This document shows, piece after piece, positions 48,251-60,034 of a stretch of DNA of 64,000 bases. Positions within the stretch are counted from its first letter, which is position 1; each line of letters opens with the position of its first letter. A program made the position numbers and the translations under genes. The notes under the pieces were generated by a model, which did no database searches, had not been told where the DNA came from, and saw nothing but the letters and a program-made list of their open reading frames with translations. Source of the DNA: Adineta vaga (Eukaryota > Animalia > Rotifera); assembly GCA_021613535.1 (NCBI GenBank), contig CP075492.1, positions 4,464,001 through 4,528,000 on the forward strand, given 5' to 3'.

Positions 48251-50992
48251 ATGCAAAATAATCAAAAAAATTTGAATGATTTGAATGATTCAAACTATGA
48301 AACTATTCATAGTAAAATTCGAAAAATTTGGTATTTAGTTCTATGTCTTGATAGATTACCTGGCGATGTTTCAAGTTTCTTTACATTGGGTGGTACATCA
48401 TCAACCTTCATTCAACTTTTTCATTATTATCATTCGAGTTTTAATTCAGCACGAGAATTGAATATATTAGATTTTTTAACAGAACCAACTGTTTCTCATC
48501 ATGTTCAATTGCTTTCAACGAGTATCATCCATGAAACACAATTTTCTTCGATAATATCTCAGCATGCTATGCGAGGTATTGGTAAACTCGATATTTTCAT
48601 ACATTTTATTCAATTTGTATTCGCTATTTAGGTCCACTTTCAATAGCTCAAGAAAAAATTTGGTTAGCTGAAAAACACAACACCACCATCACCATCACTA
48701 GTTTAATGATCACAAATGGCACGCAGTTTGATATTTCGAATACCATCAAATGCATCATTTTCTTTTTCGCGTCTTGAAAATGCGATTAAATTATTGATGA
48801 ATAAACATTCAATATTACGCACATGTTTAGTAGAAGATTCAATAACGAAGAAATTGTATCAGCAACTTTTACCATTGAATGAAGAGATAACATCTCTAAT
48901 ACATATAAGCCAAATTCAAACAAAATCAGAATTAGAAGCAATATTATTTGATGAAGAGAACAATCGAGATCATTTCAATCTTACGATAGCAAAGGTATAT
49001 CGTTGTCACCTGATTCAAATACGCAAGCAAAATGATAATGATTATGATATACTTTTATTTAACATTCACCGAGCAATATTTGATAATTCTTGTGAATCGA
49101 TCTTTCTACATGATTTCAAACAAGCCTATATCGCAGGTGTATTAGATAATCAGAGCTACAGTTACGCTGATTAAGCCTCATGGGAAAGAGATAGCGAACA
49201 TGAAATAATGCTAGAAAATCAAAATTCTAAGAAAAAAATATTAAAAGATTTTAATAATTCTTTTCAACTACCTTATGATCGTTGTCCATTACAATTCAAT
49301 TGTTCACGTAGTGCATCGTCGATACCATTGAAATTGATCGATCAAATTAGTTCATTAGATATCAATCAATTTCAAGTTTATCTATCCATTTATTATATTT
49401 TTCTTTATAAACTAACACAATATGAAAATATTTTAATAGATACTTGTGTTACTAATCGTCCACGACATGAATTTAAACAAACTATAGGTTTATCTAATAA
49501 TTATCTTCCACTTCGATTTTGTATTCATCCATCGGAAAGTTTTATTACTTTGTTTGAACGTATTAAACAAATGAGTATTTCTGAAACAGTTTCGATGTCA
49601 CAATTTGATCATCACCATATGTCTAATGATAATAATCCTGTTGCATTCAGATTTCAAACGATTACAAATATATTAGAACTGAATGAAGCATGTAAACTTT
49701 TTCGTTATATTTCATTACCATACTTGACTTCGCATGATTTTATTTTGTCAATTGACGTCAACGAAGACAACCATGTAGTAGGCTCATTTGTCTACGCCTG
49801 TGATGTCTTTGACAAAGATACAGTAGCTACAATAGCTCGTTGATTCGAAATTCTTCTTGATCAATTAATCTTACTACCACCTTCAAAACCAATCTATGAA
49901 TACTCACTATTATTGCCAGAAGAAATTCATTTATTACAACAATTGAACATCAATGCTCACATTGATTCTCCATCTCATCATTCTCTACTCATACATCAAC
50001 AATTTGCACAACATATGCAACAACATCCACAAAAACTAGCTCTCATTCTCGATGAACAATCTCTTACCTATGCTGAACTATTTCATTCATCACAAATACT
50101 TGCTTCTCATCTCAAACATCACTATGATATCAAATCAAATCATATCATTGCTCAATGTGTCGAACGATCAATTGAAATGGTAAGATCAATTTTATTTCTT
50201 GAGGAAAGTAGTATTGCTCTTGTTTGACTTTGTGGTAGGTGATGGGCATCGTAGCGATTATGATGAATTAATAAATTTACATCGTCAATCGACTTCTCAT
50301 CTACAATTACCTTATTTACAAACAGTGTTCAGTGTTGATACAACAATAATTGATTATAAAAATATGGATAAGATACAAATCGATGATTCATGTTGTGTAT
50401 CAACGTATAATCGAGATGAAAAAGAACTTGAAATTGGATTTAAATTTGATTTAGATGTTTCATTTGCTTATGATAAACAAGAGAAAACAATGAATTGTGT
50501 TTATGCATATATGTTTGATATTTTTCAACAAGAAACCATTGAACAACATGCAAATCAGTTCAATCAATTACTCAATCGTTTATTTCAATCTGATGATTGC
50601 AAACAATTACGAAGACCATTGAATGAAATATTGATTTGGAATAAAGATAAATCGATTCATTTTCATAGACAGGTAAAGAAGAAAATCATACAAAATGAAA
50701 TATACATATTTTATTCTAGATTTCAAATAATATCAATTCAACATCAATTGTAGATAGTGGAGAACAATTTGAACTGCTAAACAAGATTCAATCATTATTT
50801 TCTCGAATTCTAAATTGTCCAATAGATGATATCGATATAAACAAATCATTTTTTGAACAAGGTGGTACATCTCTCAAAGCTTTACAAATCGTCGCTCTTT
50901 TACAATAAGAAATTTCAACAGAAATTGATATTCAATTCTTTTTTATTCATTTATCTATTATCAATCTTGTTAATGCATTGAAGAATCATTGA
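48251..50992 (+). pseudogene. Non-ribosomal peptide synthetase pseudogene: T, C, partial A, partial C, T
   Basis: PCP motifs FFTLGGTS and FFEQGGTSL, C-domain start PLSIAQEKIW, degenerate HHxxxDG (NIHRAIFDN), LPYDR, and A-domain start LIHQQF..HPQKLALILDEQSLTYAEL..CVERSIEM. Lesions: a frameshift near 48665-48710, in-frame stops at 49172, 49841 and 50906, and an internal deletion at about 50262. Confidence 0.88.
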
Positions 50993-52369
50993 TTTTTCGT
51001 AAATAAATCTTAACTCTCTAACTAACTATATATAGGATCAATATAGTAGGATTGTTAATGGATACGTTTTTATAGACAAAATGAGTGAGTCATCAACGTG
51101 TAAAAATAGAATTGACGTCAAACGAAAATCGAAAATAACTTGTAAAACGTGAAATTTTTAAAAATACAAAAAAATAGACGCATTTGTTGTCTGTTATATC
51201 GTTACAATGACGAATCAGTTTCGAATACTACGATCGATGGTTTTTATTTTTTGGGGAACATCTCCGGAAGTATCTCTTGAAGTCGGAAGTTAAAAGAAAA
51301 ATATCATCTATAATTTGCAAGGTAGATTGATTCTCGAAGTTTATTTTACGTTACAAATTCATTCTGCAAGAATGAATACATTTTTTTCATCGACAGATTA
51401 GATTAAATTTTGTAGAGTTTATAAGCGCACACAAATCTAAAGAGATGATATACCACCTACATATAAATTATGTTGATAGAAAGAGAAAAGTTAGTTTTTT
51501 TCCGGTTACAAAAAAAACTGCGAGATAAAAGAATGCAGATGAAATATTTGTTTGAATCTGTTAGTAAAAGTGCATCAATTCCTTTGTTTTTTCTATCATG
51601 ACTTAAGTGTGAACAATCTGAAAATAATCTAGTCTAACATTCTCTTGCGAAAAATTTAACAATTAAGATTTACTTCGAATGAATTGTGACTAAAGTTATT
51701 ATCAGAGAATTTCTCATTGTATTTATTAATCAGCAGGAAATGAGACACAGATTTTTTCATTATTTATTGTCAAATCCTATTTTGTATTAACTCATACTTT
51801 TACCTTTGTGTTCCTCGGATTGATCAAATCTATTTTTATAAATTCGTTTGTTTTTTTCCTAGTTGAATATAAAACAAGTAATCATAATTTCTCTCTCGGG
51901 TTTCTCACTATAATATCCAACAGTTACTTGCCTTAGTCTTTTATTTCCTATGAATAGATCAAAAGAAAAAAAGTTTGAGAACACAATATGTTCAGCGAGG
52001 ATAAAAAAGAAAGTCATGTGGAGATACACGCACTATGACAAAAAACTATATAATGATCTTTTTTTTGTTTTTATAGAAAGTCACGCGAACGACAGAGACA
52101 ATTTCGTTTAATCTAGAATTGTTCCAGGAACAACATCAAGTTAGACAAAGAAAACTTCATTTATTCTGCTCGATTAGTTCTATTCGTTTTTCTTCTTCAA
52201 ATCCAAACCTGACATCATTAAGTTGTAATACTTAGACTACCAAAGCAATCTATTATTTATACTCAATTATTTCTTTTTTTTCGATGATATTCTCATTCGC
52301 CTGATAAATGTCAATAGCTCAGACGAACATATTTTGTTATATCGTATCATCTTTAGATACTATTCTCTA

Positions 52370-53115
52370 ATGGAAATGGAATCAATTACAGAATCAAAGG
52401 CTATATTATCACCAACATCAAATGGTCCATTGATCGATGATATTTATCAACGAGAACTAGAAATTGAAAAAAGTCGTCGAAAGATTCTTGCATATCTTTT
52501 AATTGAGTTTGTAAGAAGAGTTTTGAGTACGTTTAATTAACATGTTTCTAAGTCATTTCCTTAGGTTGTAATGATAACTTATATATTTCTTCAAATCATT
52601 GCGTTTATCTTAGATCATTCGGAACCAAAGAAAATCGATGCAAGTATACTCATTGAATTTATAATTAGTAAGAATTTGTTGTTCTTATTCGAATAATTAA
52701 TCACTTTCTTTAGCTGTTATTTTAATTCTTTATAATCTTTCATTTATTATCATGTTAACGGAATATTTTCCACGTGCAATTTCGATTGTAAATGATTTTC
52801 TTTCGATTATTGAAAAAATAAGTCTTCTATTTCTTTTTTAGTTTTCCTGTTTGAATTTAGTTAAATTAACAAGTGCATTTCTCTTGTTTGTTCTTTCAAT
52901 CATGACAACAGTGGTTAGTTTATCGATCATACATGAAGTTAGATTCGGAATTATTCTTGATGTAGTTTATATCCTTATTTCTTTGTTAATTATTGGTTTA
53001 TCGGTAAAGAGAAGTCTTCTGTTTTTTTTCTATGTGAATATCTTCTTTCATATGTTTTCTTTAGATTTCAATTTATCTTCATTTATTAAATTTAACAAAA
53101 TTAATGCAAACATAA
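52370..53115 (+). CDS. Four-transmembrane protein, paralogue A, 5 exons
   Basis: Five exons splice in frame from MEMESITESK to ...LLNLTKLMQT*, with four hydrophobic segments. Confidence 0.7.
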
Positions 53116-54425
53116 CAAAATTAAACGTTTCCGTTTTTTCTTGATGATGGAGTGAAATGTACTATATGTTTTGAACTTATAATATAAAACTGATCTGTAA
53201 AATGATAAAATATTTGTTTTAATTAATATTATTTTACGAGGACAGTTCGTACTACCATATGACAGATAAAATCGTTCACAATGATCTGCCTGTGTAAAAG
53301 AAAGTGTTGTTATTGCACTGATTTGATTCTCTTGCCTTTTTTCCTATCGTTCTGATGTCTCTCACGTTCTTTTCAAGAACAGGAAGAGTATACATTACCT
53401 TTTCAATCTACACATATGATTAGAAAATCTTCAATTGTTCTACCGTCATTCTATATCATTTGATTTGTTTGAAATGAAGTTGTGATCAAAGTGCAATGAG
53501 TAGAAAATACAAGAGAACGTGTTTCTATTCTTATATATAAAACCGACGTACTTTAGATAATGAACAGATTGTCAACGAACTTTTCTTTTCTTGAAATGTT
53601 CTCAATAGGAATGTGGGAAATAGATGCAACAGTATATTGCATTTTGTGTCTTTGTTCTTTCTGTCACAGGAATAATCAGTATAAGAGATTTTGTTCTGCA
53701 TTAGATTGAGTGCAGTACTAATAAAAGCAAAACCTTATTATGTAACCATTTTTTAATCTTGTATACTATTTTGAACAATAAAAAAAAGTCTATCATTGAC
53801 CATCGAATTCATTCAATTCAAATACTGAATGCAGTTGGTATTTGATAAATATTCGTAAACCTTTAATTCTAAACTTTTCGAACACACTCAAGATATATGT
53901 TGTGAATTGTTCGTTTCTACATCTTATGAGACAAGGTCAACGTGTTCTTAGTGTACACTTTCATTTTATTCTCTCTAAGTAGAAGTATCACAACCGGTGA
54001 AATTATATAACATGGTCAAATGGCGAGAATAAACAAGACATTTTTATCTATAAACTTCAATTAAACATATTTCTGCTATGAGAATGCGCTGGTAATTGAA
54101 AAATTACCCAATGAAAAGCATCCATGGACAGTATTTAGATGTGACATATATATACAAACGTTTCTTTTTTCCTCCTCTTAGAAAATAAAGTAACACAAAC
54201 CAATCACCATTACTTTTCATCTCCCACGCGAAACACAAATCAGTTATATTTTGTTGCATTTTATATTTTGTTCTACACCTGTATCAGAGAAAAACGTGTC
54301 GTTTTTCTTTTCGTGTTTACCGATCCGAATACACAGTAATACATTTTATGCCTGTAAATAGATAGTTTTGCTTATTTATTTATTTTTGTTTTATGTAAAT
54401 ATATAGATATTGATATTCTTCGGAG

Positions 54426-55197
54426 ATGAGTTACGCTCCTACAGACGAAAAAGTTCCAATAGTACCAATGTCCGTGTCGCAACCGACATTGGGTCGAAAT
54501 TATCGAGACAATCGGGAGATTCGTCAAACAAGAACAATTCTTGTTGTAGTTCTAGCAATTAAATTAGTAAGAACATTTCTTTTGAAAAAAAAATGATAAT
54601 TGAATATTATTTGATTAGACTTTGGCAGTACTTTATCTTATTCATCAAATTTATTATTTCGTAAAATATAACCAACTTCCAGCTGAAAAGCATAGCACAG
54701 GTGTCGTTGGATTTTTCATTGGTGGTATAACTGGAAGTATGATTTTTGTCTTAAAATGATATTTTATAATTCTATATCTAATTTCAGGTGTTATTGCAAT
54801 AATTTATCATATTCTTTTCTTGATTTTCGTCAGTTTATATCAACGTATTCCAATTCTTATCGTATGTTTGATGAATTTCTTTTCATTACATTTTCATTTC
54901 TTTTTTTTGTTTTAGTTAACATGGTTAAGTTTAATTGAATTGATCATTATTGGCATTGGACTTGCTTTCGCAATTATTTCCATTATTTTCAAAACATTTC
55001 TTACAACTTATTTTGTTAACGGACTTATTGCCAGTATTCTTCTAATCATCATTTCAGGAATACTCTCAATTCTGATCGTAAGTTTAACTTTCTTTCGAAT
55101 GAAAATTCTATTCGTATTGTTCTAGATTATAACTGTTGTTTTTGGATTAAAATTGTCTAAATTGATGAAATTACATGAAACCTATCAATTGGTTTGA
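54426..55197 (+). CDS. Four-transmembrane protein, paralogue B, 5 exons
   Basis: MSYAPTDEKVPIVP...LKLSKLMKLHETYQLV*; same exon number and intron phases (0,1,0,0) as paralogue A. Confidence 0.7.
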
Positions 55198-55895
55198 AAA
55201 ATATGTTTTCTCAAATTGAACTTAATTTACTATTTAACTAACCATTCCATTTTTTATTATTCAACTAATTTTTTACTAATTATTTCAAATATAAAAAACT
55301 AATACTATTACTTAACGATAGATAGAAGCAATATACATTATCTTGCTGATTTATCAACAATCAAATCCGAACTGACTTGATGACTATGAATTATCTATTG
55401 ATTGTAGTTGAATAAAGTTGATAATAATTGACAATGTATCCGGTTCTCGGAAAATTTTTTATTTTGCAGAAGATTAATTCAATGGTAGAGATGGAAATCA
55501 ATATAACTTTTCATTAGAACTCTTTTTTTTCAGAATGAGAATTACGGAATATCATGACTGGTTCAATAAAATCATTCTTTATTTGTATATAGCTAATTTC
55601 CGATAAGTAATATTACAACCATCTATTTTGATAACGCAATAGAACAACTATATGAAACAAAGTTAAGACGACGTTTCTTCTACTATTTATATTCAGTTTT
55701 AACTACGTAAAATATCAGTGCAGCCAAATAACAATACAATGGAAGTCATATTTTATATCCTACTTTCGTTTGAATTCTTTGGCATTACATAGCAACAAAA
55801 TTAGTATAGAACATATATACATCATTGTGATATGTATTTCATACACACTACATTTAATACAGATTCAATTCCTTCATTCCTTCATTTTCATTTGT

Positions 55896-56328
55896 ACGGG
55901 TGGAAATTTAATAATTAGTTTTGGAGTTTCATCCACTGGCAGTGGTGGAGCCACAGCATCTTATCCAGCAGTTGTTGATGGTATTGATCATAATGGTATT
56001 GTTACTTTAGAAAATATGGCTATGGTGAATCTCATGCAATTTGAAGAAAGATGTGTTAAGTTGAAGCCAACATTTATTGCTAAATATAATCAAATCAAAG
56101 CTACTGCTCGTTCATGTGCTAAAACATATGCTGTTCCATTTGTAGATATTGTTAGTGTTGGTAATAAAGTTCCATATGAAGCTGAATTTTCATCATTTAG
56201 TTAGAACATTGAACGGAGCTATTAAAGAAGCAACTGCTGAAGCTAATATTGCTCTTGTAGAATCAGCATTCCTTGTTCATGAATCTGAAATTGGAGAAGT
56301 TGTTGCTACATAATTAAAAACGCATTGA
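55896..56328 (+). pseudogene. Unidentified 5'-truncated, frameshifted gene fragment
   Basis: About 140 codons with coding-like GCT/GTT/GAA usage. A frameshift near 56195-56200 continues as LVRTLNGAIKEATAEANIALVESAFLVHESEIGEVVAT*LKTH*. No start codon or clear acceptor at the 5' edge. Confidence 0.55.
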
Positions 56329-56937
56329 AAAATAAACTTAATAATATCCTCTCTTTTGTTTTTGTCTAATCAGATCAATGAAAAAACGATATTCTGAGTT
56401 TTCGAGAGTATTTCAATGCGACTGAATAAAACTATGTTTGTAAAACAAATTTATGTGAATCGGCTAAAGATATGTGTTTTTATTTTCTTGTATTAGATCA
56501 ACAAAAAATACGATTAGAATCTTGAAATATCGATGACAGATGCAGATCATCTTTTCGTTGGAAACGTACCCACGCACCTACATCCTCAAAATTACTCCTG
56601 GATTCAAATAATCTTATCTACAGAGCAGTAAATATATATGAGGTACTGTTGTTCAGTTTTTCTTAAAATATAAATCATATCATATATCAGATTCTTCCAT
56701 ACGAACTTTCTCTATAACTATAGATATTCTGCTAAAATTGTACGACATCTATATTAATCAGTTTCTACGAGAGTAAATCAAAAGCAATAAGAATATAAAA
56801 GGTTTCATATATATATTTACTTAACTAACAAATACATGAAATAGAAATAATACTGATCAAATATTGCGTTTCTCTCTTCAAAAAGTCTTCAAATTTAGAC
56901 CTGAAGGGAGAAAAATTTCTCTTACATTCGCATAGTA

Positions 56938-57693
56938 ATGTCAACTGAACATGACGATTTAACTCATTTGATTGATGCAGCAAAAATAAAATTTAATCAA
57001 TATGCTGCAAGTCAAATGAGTTTCATATCTCCTCAAGCACATATTTCTATTAGTATCGAATCTAATGGAATGGCTCATGTACATATGGATATTGAATACA
57101 ATGGAATACAATATAAATTTGAATCAGTACAAGAAAAAGATATTGATAATGTTTATACATATTTAAATAGTCAACCAACTGTTCGTGCAAAATATGGGAA
57201 TGGAAATACATGTTCATTGGAAGCAACAACATCAAGAATACATTTACTGATTGAGCGATTCAAAAATAAAGATTCACCTCTCTATCTGTACAGTGGATTT
57301 ATTGTGTCAGATTCTCAAACAGGAACTTTCTTAGGTTTGGTTACACTAGGAGGAGGAACTGAACCTGGCACTGCTGAAATATCACGTTTAAATCGAGAAG
57401 ATTGTTGGAATCGTTCGAACAATAATAGTTCGAATGTAGATACAGATAACAGAAAAATCTATTCCGGTGTTGGAACAATTGAAACATGTGTATTATTACA
57501 ATATGCTACTCGATTAAAACAAAACGGTTATACTGTAAGAGGTGAACCATTAAAAGCAGTTATTTCGACGGCGAGATTGGATAATGAAGGTTCGTGGAAA
57601 TCGGCTTGTAAAGCAGGAATGATATTAGATACTGTAGATGTATTCCATCATTATGGACACACATTTCGTTACCTATTACGAAAAACTATGTGA
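56938..57693 (+). CDS. GNAT-fold acetyltransferase, RimJ/RimL-like, intronless
   Basis: FLGLVTLGGG..GTAEISRL..EDCW..YSGVGT (motif A-like) and VISTARLDNEGSWKSACKAGM (motif B, N..S....K.G). Confidence 0.68.
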   Translation: MSTEHDDLTHLIDAAKIKFNQYAASQMSFISPQAHISISIESNGMAHVHMDIEYNGIQYKFESVQEKDIDNVYTYLNSQPTVRAKYGNGNTCSLEATTSRIHLLIERFKNKDSPLYLYSGFIVSDSQTGTFLGLVTLGGGTEPGTAEISRLNREDCWNRSNNNSSNVDTDNRKIYSGVGTIETCVLLQYATRLKQNGYTVRGEPLKAVISTARLDNEGSWKSACKAGMILDTVDVFHHYGHTFRYLLRKTM

Positions 57694-58025
57694 CTTTTTT
57701 TCTTTGAAAAATGTAAATCATATGTTATTGATTTGATTTTCTTTTCTGAATAATTATTTTCATTAAAATCGACATGTTAAAAGTACGACTAATGTTGAAA
57801 GTATTGACGTCACGTAAATCACTGACTTTTGTAATCTGACGCTCATTATAAAGAGAGAAAAAGCAAACTCTACTTTTATTACGCCTTCGGAACAGAATAT
57901 TCCAATTGATTTCGTGATTAATTCTAACAAATGAACGTGTTGTTTTGTAATTAATTTGTTTAAAAGAAAACGATTAATTGATCGTTCAACATCCATTTGC
58001 ATTTCTTTTTCTTCGTGTTAGAATC

Positions 58026-59015
58026 ATGACATTGAAAATGTTTTCGAATAAATCAATTCATCTGCATACATTCAAAGTTGGTGAAATGAACGTTCCAGAT
58101 GTTTCGGCAAATTTTCAATTTTGGTTTTTACTTATTTTTGCGATATTTTCATTTCTTTCGTCAATATTTATTATCTATCGTTATTTATCCAATCAAAAAC
58201 TTCGTCGTGGTTTACATAATCATTCAATTCTTCTTCTCATCATCATTAATGTTATATTAATCTTTACAGATGTTCTTTGGATGTTAATGAGTCTTTATCA
58301 TGCCGGACGTCCTCCAATAAGTACAACAACTTTCTGTTTAACATGGTGGGTTATAGACGAAAGTCTTTATAACATACAAACTTACATACTTGCATGGGCA
58401 TCAATTGAACGTCATTTACTAATCTTTCATAGTAAATATGTTACCACATCAAAACAAAAATACTACTTACATTATTTACCACCCATAATTATCATGCTTT
58501 ATCTATTCAGTTTTCATACGACTGTTCTAATATTTCCATCATGTGAAAATTTATTTGATTTTATGAATATTCAATGTGGTTCATCACCTTGTTATACGGG
58601 CTTGAATTTTACAACTATTTGGGATACAATTGTAAATAATGTTTTACCAACATTGATTATTGCTATATTTAGTATGGCTTTACTCTATCGAATAGTACGA
58701 CAAAAAAGACGCTTGAGACAACCAATTCAATGGCGAAAACATCGACGAATGTCTATGCAATTAATATCAATTTCAATTGTTTATACTTTTCTTCATTTAC
58801 CAGTGATTATTATTATATTTATACAAATAATTCATGAAAAAGATCCAGATGTCAACTTTGGTAGTCAACTGTATATATTCATTGTGACTTATAGTGTCTC
58901 ATTATTCTTACCATTTGTTGTTTGTTTTCAATGGTTATTATTTGACAAACAACAACGGATACAAATATCACCTACAGTTACATTAGCTGTATATAAAAAA
59001 TCAGCTGAACAATGA
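58026..59015 (+). CDS. Divergent rhodopsin-like GPCR, intronless
   Basis: 7 hydrophobic segments, LHNHSI, FCLTWW, AWASIERH and QWRKHRRMSMQL. Confidence 0.85.
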   Translation: MTLKMFSNKSIHLHTFKVGEMNVPDVSANFQFWFLLIFAIFSFLSSIFIIYRYLSNQKLRRGLHNHSILLLIIINVILIFTDVLWMLMSLYHAGRPPISTTTFCLTWWVIDESLYNIQTYILAWASIERHLLIFHSKYVTTSKQKYYLHYLPPIIIMLYLFSFHTTVLIFPSCENLFDFMNIQCGSSPCYTGLNFTTIWDTIVNNVLPTLIIAIFSMALLYRIVRQKRRLRQPIQWRKHRRMSMQLISISIVYTFLHLPVIIIIFIQIIHEKDPDVNFGSQLYIFIVTYSVSLFLPFVVCFQWLLFDKQQRIQISPTVTLAVYKKSAEQ

Positions 59016-59167
59016 ATTTTGAATGTAAAATATTTATTTGAATTTCTCATTTTTGAAAATGAGAAATAAGGATTAGAATGAAATCAATACTACGATAGAT
59101 AATTCGGTCTTGTTTAGGAAAATACACTACTCACTACATAAAATAATCCATCTAATAAAAGATTATC

Positions 59168-60034
59168 TTAGTTAGCTTTGAGCTCTTTTGGAATAATACA
59201 ACGAGGTATTTCAATCATTTTATGTAAATTTGCCGCATGTCGTTGATTATAAATATCCAAAACGGCTTTTTCTCGATCTGTTAAAGTTATTGAATCTTGT
59301 TTAGATTCTTGTAAATCAATATAATTCATTGCCCATTCTAATTCTTCATATGTTGCTCCAATTTGATCTTCATCTGTTCGTGTATCACCAAATAAACCAT
59401 CGGTTGGTGGTGCAATAATAATTTCATTCGAAACACCTAACGCTTTTCCGACAGCACGTACTTCCGATTTTAATAAATCACCAATTGGACTTACATCAAC
59501 TCCTCCATCACCATATTTCGTAAAAAACCCCACACCAAAATCTTCAACTTTATTACCTGTACCACCAACAAGATAATTATTAATCGAAGCAAAATAATAT
59601 AAATTAACCTTTGAATATAATTATAAATTAGTTTATAAGTAAAATCAAGTTGATAGTCTTACCATTCTTAATCGTGATCTCATATTAGCAAATGCAATTT
59701 CTGATGAAGAATTTGTTTCATTTAAGTCGCTTTTTTTTACAGTTGCTTGAAATGTTTCGAAAACTTCAGTTAAATTAACTTCACCTCCACGAACATTTGA
59801 AAATGTCGATTTTAACCAATTGATATGTGCATGACTGCGATGCACTTCACTGGATGATTGTCGAATAGGCATTTCTAAAACTAATACAGGTAAACCAGTT
59901 CGTGCACATAATGTTGATACAACAGCCGAATCAATTCCACCTGAAACACCAACAATAAAACCTTTCGTATGACTCGTTTGATGATAATCTTTTAACCATT
60001 GAATAATATGTTCAATAACTTGTTCCGTATGCAT
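59168..60034 (-). CDS. nadE: Ammonia-dependent NAD+ synthetase (single-domain bacterial NadE type), 2 exons
   Basis: GFIVGVSGGIDSAV (PP-loop), ANMRSRLRM, GTGNKVEDFGVGFFTKYGDGGVDVSPIGDLLKSEV, PPTDGLFGDTRTDEDQIGATYEELE and HKM. One 54-nt GT-AG intron (59609-59662); about 270 aa with no glutaminase domain. Confidence 0.95.

Noticed and set aside
48251-50992. Stop-codon readthrough or an alternative genetic code explaining the NRPS in-frame TAA/TGA
   Set aside because: The stops replace different residues (Y, R, Q), co-occur with a frameshift and a deletion, and neighbouring genes use TAA/TGA as normal stops.
43083-60034. Bacterial or fungal contamination, or a transferred operon
   Set aside because: The genes have host-like AT-rich codons and host-sized GT-AG introns, are interleaved with metazoan genes, and apparently come from different donors.
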